Shown: positions 26,063 through 36,234 of the stretch, piece by piece | Numbering within the stretch: position 1 is the first letter of the stretch | How the letters are laid out: each line of letters opens with the position of its first letter | Assembly (NCBI RefSeq): GCF_036321535.1 | Contig: NC_087437.1 | Coordinates: 57,538,001-57,602,000, forward strand | Direction: 5' to 3' | Origin: Camelus dromedarius | Lineage: Eukaryota | Length of the DNA stretch: 64,000 bases | Made by a program: the position numbers and the translations under genes | Notes under the pieces: model-generated | Database searches by the model: none | Seen by the model: only the letters and a program-made list of their open reading frames with translations | Told to the model about the DNA's origin: nothing

Positions 26063-26256
26063 TTTTAATCCTTTTTAAAATATATTTTTATTGTTGTATA
26101 GTCAGTTTACAATGTTGTGTCAATTTCTGGTGTACGGCATAATGCTTCAGTTATATAGGAACATACATATATTCGTTTTCATATTCTTTTTCACCATAAG
26201 TTACTGTAAGATATTAAATATGGTTCCCTGTGCTGTACAGTACGAACTAGTTGTTT
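26063..26256 (-). mobile_element. LINE-1 3' end, 5'-truncated (about 190 bp)
   Basis: 'tagtcagtttacaatgttgtgtcaatttctggtgtac...ggttccctgtgctgtacag'; TSD atcaa(c/t)tggctttt at 26049-26062 and 26257-26270. Confidence 0.9.
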
Positions 26257-28795
26257 ATCAATTGGCTTTTAAAAATACCTCTTCTGAGAATGATTCTGGT
26301 CTGGAAACTGACCTAGCCCTACTCCTTTCTCTTCTGCTCTAAGGCTTTCCAGCTGGACAGGAGAGAGAAGAATGCTGACTTTCCTTTCAGTGATGTTATT
26401 AAGAATGACTAATAAAAATGATGGCAAGTCCTGGAAAATTCAGAGAACTGCATTAAAAAAGTTAATGGCCCAAGTTCCTTGGAGCCATCTGAAAATGAAA
26501 TAATCACCCAGGGACAAATCCAAAATGAAAAAAAAAAAAATCGTACAAACATAATTGACTCCAGGAATTTTCAGTAACTGTTACTGCTTTTTTTGTGTGG
26601 CAGCTAAGCTTCACAGAGGGCCAATTTCTTCACAAGCCTACCTTTGTACCCTTTCAGACAGAGAAAGGACAGGGGGAGGTCATATGTATCCATAATCTGA
26701 TTCTGTGCAACTGTCACGTCACAAAGGAAGCTATGAAATATGCATGATTATAGACACAGAAACTTGAACTTAATTATCAGAAAGTTACAAACCACTCCAC
26801 TAACTGGATATAAATCCTCAACAATGGAAAAGGGGACAGTATGTGTATATGATACACATGCTACTGGCTGAAGTGATCTCTCCCTATCTGAGCAAAATAA
26901 AGAAGAATTTACATACAGATGAGGCTAGACATTTATGGCGTATTTGTCACAAAGCCCCAAGTTGCTGAATTCTTTCCTGTGTGCCAGAGAATCTGCACAG
27001 TGAAAGAGAGAAAGTTCTCCAGCACTGCGAGTGCCCAAGAATAGCCCAAGTGACCACGAACATTGCAAACACATTCAAGGATGAGACTGGAAGGCCCTTT
27101 CCTAGTCTGACTCCTCTGACTGTGATTTGCTAAACTTAACAAGGCATCGCTTTCATACCCTGTTTCACAAATTCCTCCTGTCCAGTTTAGTTCAGGAGAC
27201 AAACAGCATCTATCTCACTCATCTTTTTTTCAAAACCCTCTTAGATGAGCAAAAAGCAGTGATGAATACATTTTAGAACCAGTTTCTCCTGATTGGATTC
27301 AGGGCAGGAAAAGAGTGGGTCAGGTTTACAGGGCCATGCTTCCCACAGACTAAAGAGCAAGTTAGTTTTATTACTTTTGTGCAGAGCAAAGAAGAATTCT
27401 CTCTGAAGGAACTGTCTTTTTTCATAAGCACATCCATCTCCTCTTCTAACAAAGTTACTGGACCACTCACACTCTTATGTAAGAGTTAATGGGAAAGTCT
27501 ATGTAAATATTTGCACGAGGCACTCTAAGTTTACAGACTTGGACACGGTTGAGAGACACGGCCATTCCTGACGTTAACCAGCTCCAGCGGAACAGGGCAA
27601 ATATGTACAACACACTACGATGCAAGGAGAAAGTGGAAAACTTCACAAAATACCAACTGATTTAAAAAAAAAAAAAAAAGAAGAAGAAGAACTAAGTTTC
27701 TCTTGGGCTGAAGGCAGGTTCTCAACACAGATGAATCTGGAGGCTCTCAGAGAGGCCGGCATGCCGGGCTCTATTCAGAACTGAACCTCATCCAGAGCTC
27801 CTGCTGTGCTCAGATTTAAGCTCCCAATCAAGCAGCATCTCCTCTCCTCCCATCCTTGGCTGCTTGTGGTCCATGCCTGGCTGGACTGCAAACATCCTCA
27901 GGGCGGTGAGTGTTCCTTCTCAGGACTTTGCACTTGGCCAGCCCTCAGCAAAGGTTCAATGAGGGAATGTATTTCTAACACCCAACAAGGGTGTCAGACT
28001 TTGAAAAACTTGCTTCCTCTTCTATAAAACCTTTTCTTTAAAAAAGCTGGCAAAAATAATAGATAAAAGGACTCAATCTCTGAGTCCAACCTTGAGATGC
28101 AAGCTGGAAGATTGGTCTGTCTGCTTGCTGCCTGCGCCCTTCCCGCTCGGCGGCTTGATTCAAGGATTTGAGACTTCAGGATGTCAAGTAAGCGATTAAA
28201 AAAAGTAAAACTGGAAACACTGAAAAATGCCTGTCATCAGCATCACAGTGATTGATCACCATTAGCCAGATGAGGGAGATTGTTACCAATGTAAAACCTA
28301 AAATAGACGCCTCAAGGTTAACACATCCTAATTACCTTTTGTGACATCATATAAACACTTCTGTACTCTATATTTGAAGGTAAGCCTGGAAAAATGAAGA
28401 GAAAATGAAGTTAATAAGGATAATTTCCTATATCCAGAGAGGTAATGAAGTTACAGGATAAATCTTCCTTATACATTTTTACCTGTCTAGACTGACCAGG
28501 GTAAAAATTCCCCAATACAACAAACTCTGTACAATAACATACTATTCTAGTAAACACACTTACCTAAACACTACAGTGAGGAATTCAGAGACAACTATAT
28601 ACGTAAATAAAATGTGTAAAGTAAACCATACCAACAATAAATGACTTGGTAAAACACATAAAAGACTTCATATTTGCCAACTGTTTATATACACGATTTC
28701 TCAAAGTGTACCTATTAACTCACTTCAGAGAAGCTATTTAGTAAAAAAATTGGTGGAAAGCTAAGAGAGCCATGGCTTAAGAACTTGGCTCTGAT

Positions 28796-28851
28796 GAGAG
28801 AGAGACAGACAGACAGAGACAGTGAGAGAGAGAGAGAGAGACAGAGAGAGA
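28796..28851. repeat. (GA)n/(GACA)n compound microsatellite
   Basis: Directly visible. Confidence 0.92.
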
Positions 28852-29299
28852 TTGAGAATGGAAAACAGGAAAAATAAAGAGCGGGCTTCCACTTACAGCT
28901 GTCTGACTCTTCAGAAGTCAAGACCAATAATACGTAAGTATTTTAAGTAAATATAAGCATTTGCTCAAAGTGGCATGACTGTTTTCCAATCAGGGATAAC
29001 TCAGGGACACAGTGTGACTCTAAAGAAGTAAAGCTGCTTAGAACTTAGACCATTTCCAAATAAACTCTGTTCCCTTCATATTAGTCACCACGGAAAGCGT
29101 CACATTCTTTTTTCCCCGACAGGGCCGCCAGGACGAAGTCCACAGCTGAGGTGTTGTTTTAAAAGGTGCCTGAAATGGCCCAAGCATGCAATCTTTTGAT
29201 TGTTCTTAGTGGGAAGATACATCTTTAAAAACTGAAAATCGATCTGTTGAGTAACATGGCAATGAAGCTGAGCATGACTGTTTCAGAGTAAAGACGATT

Positions 29300-29670
29300 A
29301 GTAACTTACTTCCTTTGTTCACTGACACCAGAGCTTTCATAGAGGGCAGGCAGTATTGTATAGACATATAAGAGAAAACGGGAATATATCTGCCTGTAGG
29401 AACTGGAAGAGGCTTTAAAGGTGGTGTTTTCTGAATGGGATCTTGAAAGCTGATAGGAACAATATAGGAAAATACAATAGAAAACAAATGGATAGTTTGT
29501 TCAATGGTCAAATAAGGTCAGATACTCTTAAGTCAAGATTAAGTAAAGCTTAGGGTGGGAACAACTAGAAATGAACTTTGGGGACAAAATGTGGAGAAAT
29601 ATGAATGTCAGGCTATTTCTTGTTCTCTGGGAAATTACCAAACGTTACAGATCATGAAATTGGCTTGATC
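29300..29670 (-). mobile_element. L2 LINE relic
   Basis: Purine-rich antisense-L2-like blocks such as 'ggaagaggctttaaaggtggtgttttctgaatgggatcttgaaag' and 'tgaatgtcaggcta'. Confidence 0.45.
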
Positions 29671-30668
29671 GTGTTTTCCAGGTAATTCCACATCCCAACC
29701 TCCTAGATAAGACGTCTCCTCACTGTGACCTGTTTAGCTGGCTGGAATCCCTGTTTCCCTGGAATCTGAAACTGTAGAAATGTTACGACTAAGAGCTTCT
29801 TGTAAACAACGAACCATTCTAAATAAACCTGCTGGGGAGACCTCAGAGTAACAGCAGTTACTTGTCTACATTATAAATATTAAAAGTCAGCAATTCATTA
29901 AGAAAAGATTTAAAAGAGGCTCATGTATGCAGGGTTCCAAATCAAACACCTCGAAACCACCCAAATGCCCACTGACACGAGAACTGAATCACCACTTGTA
30001 AGTCTAGGGATGGCGGTCCTCACATAAACACTGAAAGGCTCCCTCCCCTGACAACAGCGACCTCTCAGAGGAAATGTTTGGGGAAGATAAATGGACCCCA
30101 GGCCTACACAACATGCAGACAAATTCTAGAAATCTAGTGCTGAGTAACAAGCCTGTTTAAACTGCCATCCAGAGCAAATCACAATTTACTGAATGTAGCC
30201 TGAGGTTTTAGGGTGTGGACCCTTTAAGTTTTGTTCGGGTTTATTTTTATATGTTTTTTTAACTTTTATATTTTTTCTCATAAATTCACAGAAAACCAAA
30301 GTGCCTTATGGGAAGGTGATTCTGACTTTGATGCTACAAATCCACAGATACAATGGTTCACTGACTGCAGTTCCTCTCAGAGAATAGATTGTTTCTAAGT
30401 GAAAGTGTTGCCTCAAGTTTATTCAGGTGTAACAGACAAACCTGGGCCAGAGGGGAAGAGCCACATTTCAGGTGTAGTCATACACCATCCATTATTTTCC
30501 ACTGGCTTAATGAGCAAGCTCTGTGTACATACCACCATCCACAGGCATAATGTGACTGCAAAACCAACAGAAGGTAAAGACGGTCTCCAAAAGTGAACAA
30601 AGAATGATGTTTGGTCTGCATTGGGGGCACCTATTCAGCCAATCCCCTATGGGGTCTTCATTTGAACA

Positions 30669-30830
30669 TTTTTTAAAAATAAAAATTATATATATTTAAT
30701 GTATACAACATGATGATTTGATATACACGTACATAGTGAAATGATTACTACAGTCAAGGTAATTAACATACCATCTCCTCACATAGTTACTATTTGTGTG
30801 TGTGTTTGATGAGGGTACTTAAAACCTACA
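30669..30830 (-). mobile_element. Old LINE-1 (L1MA-like) 3' terminal fragment
   Basis: 'atatatttaatgtatacaacatgatgatttgatatacacgtacatagtgaaatgattactacagtcaaggtaattaacata...cctcacatagttac'; homologous to 4116-4256. Confidence 0.8.
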
Positions 30831-31229
30831 TTCCTTTTATTCAAGAGAGGAAAACCTGTCACTGACTGTAACTGAGTGAGGAAGAGTTGCTCACAGAAGC
30901 GCTGACAGCGCTGCAGCAGTTGCCACTGTTTCCGTGAGGTTTTGAACTTCTTCCGTCCTTGCATGTGTTCAGAGCAGTGGAACCTGCCGGCTGCCCAGCC
31001 TTTTAATGGAGATCTGACTGTCACAGTTCTCCCCCTGCCCACCCCAGGCACACGCATTTCCACCTCAGCAGTCTGATCTTGTGATAAAACACTTCAGATT
31101 ATTCCAGACTGTATTCCAGACATCTACCTTAACCAGTTCTTGGAAAACTGAAAATTACCCAATTGATACTGATTGAATAGGCATTGTTAGATGACAGAAT
31201 TTTTAAAACTGCAAATTCTAATTAAGGCA

Positions 31230-32260
31230 TCAGGATAGGAGAGAGATAAATTTCAAGGTATGATGCTGAAAAATATGGAAGTTAAAATATAAGTAATGTG
31301 AAAATTGGTTATACTGCTTTAAATTCCACCAGAAAGATATAGAAAGTTGGAGGGTGTGGATCCATTCAATTTTGAGGCTTGATAATTTCTTCATCTCAAA
31401 CCTAAAGAAAGGTCTTTGGTAGGACCCTTCAGAGACCTTGATGCTCCAGCCATACTGGGGACCACAGCATACCAGCATCAAAATCCACCCCTCCTCCCTG
31501 GAAAAGCCAGAGAACAAGGGAGACATGCTGGCTGAGTGGTGTATTTTGACTGACCTGCGTTCCCAGCATTGGTCAAGGCAGAGGAGACCGGGGTCCTCAT
31601 AGACCAGTGTGGGCCACTTGGAAGAAAAAGCCAGCTACAGCCATTCTAATTCCAATCCAAGAGGTTAGGATGGGTGGGTAATGGGTCTCTAACATAAAAA
31701 CGTTGGAGCTGGCAGGAAAATGGTGGTTTGAAGATTAGAAACCAACACTGACTGGACAGAATTGCTGTTGGAGAGCCCAGGAGGGGTAGTCTTTTTGAAA
31801 AATCCATTTAAAAAATCACAGAAGAGTAAGAGTCACGCCCAAACCCCTCCTTGCAGCAGCACCAATTAAGGAAGAACTCCCTGCCTCCCTTCCTGCTTCT
31901 CCCTCTCCATTCTCTAACTACCCTGAAGGGATCACGCACAGTGGCTAGAGAGTGGGCCATGGAGGTGAACGCAAGTTAGGTAGCCTCCTGCACTCATGCC
32001 CCAGTTAGGGCCCGACTCAGGGCAGGAGTGGGGGATAAATAATATTTGAATAAGGAAGTGCTTATATTATATTGGACTGGGAAATTTAAATTTATTAAAC
32101 CAATAAGTATTATACAACTTAAAGAAAAGTGATGAGTTTGATCCAGGTATACGGGAAAAAAATCTCCCCAGCGTATAAATTTTTAAAGGACAGTGAAAAA
32201 AGAATCAAATTCTATTTTGATTTCATCTTATAAATCATGCTTGTTGAATGTGAGTTTGCA
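31230..32260 (+). mobile_element. Ancient Gypsy-like LTR relic (MamGypLTR-like); 5' boundary uncertain
   Basis: 3' motifs 'attggactgggaaatttaa', 'aaaggacagtg...aaattctattttgatttcatc...catgcttgttgaa' and a terminal CA parallel those at 14870-15080. Confidence 0.55.
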
Positions 32261-32289
32261 TATATCTCTATTACATTCCCATGGAGAAT

Positions 32290-32605
32290 CTAATTTAATC
32301 CTGGCAGTAACTCTGAAGTAAATGTGCCTCTCATTTTATAGTTGAGAAAACTGAGTCTAAGGGAGATCCTGTAAGACTATTAATAGCTCACTTTAATTGA
32401 ATGACCACATGCTGGACACTCTTCTAAGTACTTTATATAATGACTTCATTTAATTCTCGTGTCAACACTATGAGATAGTCCTTATTATAGTCCTCACTTT
32501 ATAGATGAGAAAAACTGATATCCAAAATGACTGATGTCCCCAGCCAGCAAGGGATATGCTGGTAATCAAACCCAACCAGCCTGGCTCCAGAGCCCACAGT
32601 CCGGA
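32290..32605 (-). mobile_element. Two tandem MIR relics
   Basis: Two antisense cores, 'cattttatagttgagaaaactgagtct' and 'cactttatagatgagaaaactga', the second followed by the head 'cctggctccagagccc'. Confidence 0.8.
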
Positions 32606-32727
32606 GCACAGGGCACGTCACCTAGACAGCAAGCAGCAAAGTCTAATCTGAACCAGCCACCCTGAATGGGCTTTCCCCTTTAACAATTAGCAAGGGCTCA
32701 ACTGTATCATAAAGAATAAAAGCAAAA

Positions 32728-33019
32728 CAGTAACAGGCTCGCAGACATAGTAAACAATTTCATGATTACTGGGGGAAAGAGGGTGGGAAGGGATAAATTT
32801 GGGAGTCTGACATTTGCAAAGGTTAACCACTATATATAAAAATAGATTAAAAAACAAATTTCTTCTGCATAGCACAGGGAACTATATTCAATATCTTTCA
32901 ACAACCTTTAATGAAAAAGAATATGAAAACGAATATAGGTATATATATGCATGACTGGGACATTATGTAGTACACCAGAAATTGACACATTGTAACTGAT
33001 TATACTTCAATTAAAAGGA
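32728..33019 (+). mobile_element. LINE-1 3'UTR end including the G-rich tract
   Basis: 'gggggaaagagggtgggaagggataaatttgggag...gcacagggaactatattcaatatc...gcatgactgggacatta...tatacttcaatt'; imperfect TSD aaagaataaa(a)gcaaaa at 32711-32727 and 33020-33035. Confidence 0.9.
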
Positions 33020-33084
33020 AAAGAATAAAGCAAAAGATAAAAAGGAAAGAAGAGAGCACAGCAGGTCTGTCACAACTTTGCTGT

Positions 33085-33190
33085 GTGGTGTGTAGTAAAT
33101 AACTTCCCTTCTCTGGGCTTGAGTTTCCACACCTACTAAGTTAGGGGAATGGACTGGGACGTCTCCAAGGGTCCCTTCCAGTTGTGGATT
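33085..33190 (+). mobile_element. MIR3-like relic
   Basis: 'cttcccttctctgggcttgagtttcc...ggaatggactgg...ctccaagggtcccttccagtt'. Confidence 0.6.
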
Positions 33191-33883
33191 TGATTTCCTG
33201 CTCTGGAAAATATGTGTGTGGTGGGTGGGTAAATGCATATTAAACTATGTACATAATTTAGCTCAGCATCTGCCTGAGAGGGCTGATGAAACACTTCTAA
33301 AATTTACATTTACCTATGAGATCTTTTGAAAACTATCTTAGCATAACATGCAATCAAAAAATATTTTTATAATATGTCAACCAGACCAAAATGTAAAACA
33401 ACTTCAAAGATCGAAGAAGCCTAAATGTAATTTTTTAAGAGAGTATGATGAGGTTATACTTAGACTCAATATTATTATTTTTAGAACTGCACAGCTGTTT
33501 TGGCAGCTTGTTTTGTGAATTCTACTTTGCAAATGTAATGAGGTTTTTTTTTTTCTGAACAAATTTTTAATGGAGCAGATAACACATTTATTTCCTTGAA
33601 ATAGTTCAGCATGAAATAAAAAATGCAACAAGAATTTAGAGTTTAAAATTTGAAACATGGTATTAGGTTTTTTACTTGCTAGTTGTAAGATTAAAAAGCA
33701 ACTCAGTATTTTAATTTCCCTCCTGATATTTTAATGATAGTATCCATGATTAGAGAATATCCTTGCACAGAATTTCATTTTCTGTCGTGTTAAGACTTCC
33801 CTTATTTTAGAGTCAATATTTTGGCTGCTACTGCCTCTCCAAAACAAATCTTAAGAAGCCGAGCAGAAACGTGTGATATCGAA

Positions 33884-33995
33884 CATGTTTTATGAACTTA
33901 CTATATGCCACGCGCTGCTCTGAATGCTTTTCATTTATTGATTTATTGAATCCTCACAACAATCCTATAACTAGAAACTATTATCCACCCATCTG
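33884..33995 (-). mobile_element. MIR 3' fragment
   Basis: 'ttatgaacttactatatgcca...gaatcctcacaacaatccta...ctattat'. Confidence 0.7.
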
Positions 33996-34423
33996 AAAAA
34001 ACAGAAGGAGAAAAGTTAATCAGTTAATGAGCAGATGAGCTAGGATCTGACCCTACTGACTGTTGACAGTGGCAGAATAAAGCAACCCCAAAAGTATGCA
34101 AATAATAATATAGGCTGAAATCGTCTAATTTTTAGTCAAAACATTGGTTTCATGCTTCGAAGTGCTTATTGTTTATGCTTCAATACATCAGATGAATTTC
34201 ACTCAAGGCTTGTCTTAAAAGTATAAAAATGTATGCCTTTTGTGAAGTTTTACTTATTTTTTGGATTCTGTTTCACTCCAAAGAGGATTTGGGAAGATCC
34301 TGATTTTAAGAGAAGGGTGTTTTCGTTTTTTTCAACTTTAGATTTATAGAATTATGAGGTCTCAGAATGCGATTGCATGTGTTCCTTGTATTTTCTCTAG
34401 TTTCTCACATTCAGTCGTGTGGG

Positions 34424-34875
34424 TGTATTAGTTTCCCAGGACCGCTGTGACAAATTACCACAAACCGGGTGACTTAAAACAACGGAAATTCATTCTCTCA
34501 CAGGGCTGCAGGCTCGAAATCTGAAATCAATATATCAGAAAAGCCATGTTCTTTCCGGAGGTCTTAGGGAAGAATTCTTTCTTGCCTTTTGCTAATCTGG
34601 GGGTATTCCCAGCAATCCTTGGCGTTCTTAGACTCATAACTGCTCACTCCATTGTCTGCCTGTCTTCTTATGGCCTAATTCCCCACATGTCCCTGCATCC
34701 TCTCCTTTCCTTCAAAGGATAGCAGATGCTGGATTTAGGATCCACTCTAAATTAAGTATGATAGCATCTTGAGATTCTTAAAGAATTAGCTCTACCAAGA
34801 GCCTATTTCCAAATAGGTCATATTCTGAGGTCCAAGGGGCACATGAACTTGGGGGACACTATTCAACCCACTACG
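34424..34875 (-). mobile_element. MaLR solo LTR (MLT1C-like)
   Basis: Starts 'tgtattagtttcccaggaccgctgtgacaaattaccacaaaccgggtgacttaaaacaacggaaatt' and ends 'ctatttccaaataggtcatattctgagg...ggggacactattcaacccactac'; about 450 bp; flanks both contain tgtgg, a possible 5-bp TSD. Confidence 0.88.
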
Positions 34876-35424
34876 TGTGGTGTGGAGATATCATGGTTGG
34901 GTGATAAACTGTCATTTAGCAACACCTCTGAGATTCCCTCGATCAAATACGGCATCCATGTACCGACTTCACAGAGGTCCCCATGCTTGCACGGTGACCT
35001 CAGCCTGGGCAATTAACAACACACGGGGAAAACAGGCTTCAGAGGCCTCACAAGACTAGAGTGGAGGGATCGGGGTAGTCCTCTGGGTGAAATACACCCA
35101 GGGCTCACCTGAAACAACAAATATGTGGCTTCAGCCCTTCCAAATCTATTCCCTACAGTCCTTACGCAATCTTGGGGTGGAAAGGCTTCAGTGTTTCCAG
35201 TCCCCACACTTTCTGTAATGGCCTCCGAACGCCACTGCAGATGCTGGTAAGGGAATGACTGCTTGGAGATTTCATACAGAGCTACCCTCATGAATCTCCA
35301 ATAACAGTATACCTTAGAAACAAAACAGTCTCAACTCATCTGGATGGCATGACACACAGAGCAAACCTGTACTTATTTACTATCTCCTCTTCATTGGCCT
35401 TAAGACCATTAATAAGTGATTTGT

Positions 35425-35623
35425 TGCTAACCACTATATATAAAAACAGATAAAAAACAAATTTCTTCCGGATAGCACAGGGAACTATAGTCAATATCTT
35501 ATAATAACCTTTAATGAAAAAGAATATGAAAATTAATACATGTATATACATATGCATGACTGGGACATTATGCTGTATACCAGAAACTGACACATTGCAA
35601 CTGATTAGACTTCAATTTAAAAA
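35425..35623 (+). mobile_element. LINE-1 3' end, 5'-truncated (about 200 bp)
   Basis: Same subfamily motif as 32728 ('gcatgactgggacattatgctgtataccagaaactgacacattg'); perfect 11-bp TSD aagtgatttgt at 35414-35424 and 35624-35634. Confidence 0.92.
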
Positions 35624-35757
35624 AAGTGATTTGTGGTACTTATCATAAAGGGTTAATTAATAAAATGCATATTTTAAATTATTATGAAAGTATATTTTCA
35701 ACACTTATTCTTGAACCTATCACTGCTAAATATTTATGAATAATTATTCAATTAATT

Positions 35758-35870
35758 CACTAGAATGTAAGCTTCATTTTTTTCTCAGATTTATCCCTAA
35801 AATCTAAATGAATATCTGGGACATAGTAGATGTTAAACACATATTAAAAAAAAATGAATGAATGAATAAA
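35758..35870 (+). mobile_element. L2 3' end
   Basis: 'cactagaatgtaagcttcat...ctgggacatagtagatgtt' followed by an (ATGA)n tail. Confidence 0.7.
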
Positions 35871-36234
35871 CAAAATCTCAAGGAAAAAGAAAAGTACAAA
35901 ACTACTAGACTCAAATATAAAACATATCCCCATTCATTGTTATAAAGAGTCAAACATAATATATACTAATAGTTACTTTTTGTTGTGGATTCTTTTCTGT
36001 TATGTACTATCCTTCAATACTCCCCTATGAGACACTGTTTGAAAATTTCCTTTAAAGAAGAGCTACATTTGCCATGCCCCCAAATTAAACAATAAACATG
36101 TAAATGAGTATATTCCTATTTTTACTGTGACTTCTAAGTAGTTCTCGGTCAGTCTGTTTTGTCAAATACAGATGCACCATAGCAGTGCATTTTCTCTCCT
36201 TTCGTAGCCTATCAATCATATTTCTTTTTTTAAA

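Noticed and set aside
28889..28942. 35-nt plus-strand microexon (cag|ctgtctgac...aatac|gtaagt)
   Set aside because: The upstream region is purine-rich with almost no polypyrimidine tract, and the length is not a multiple of three.
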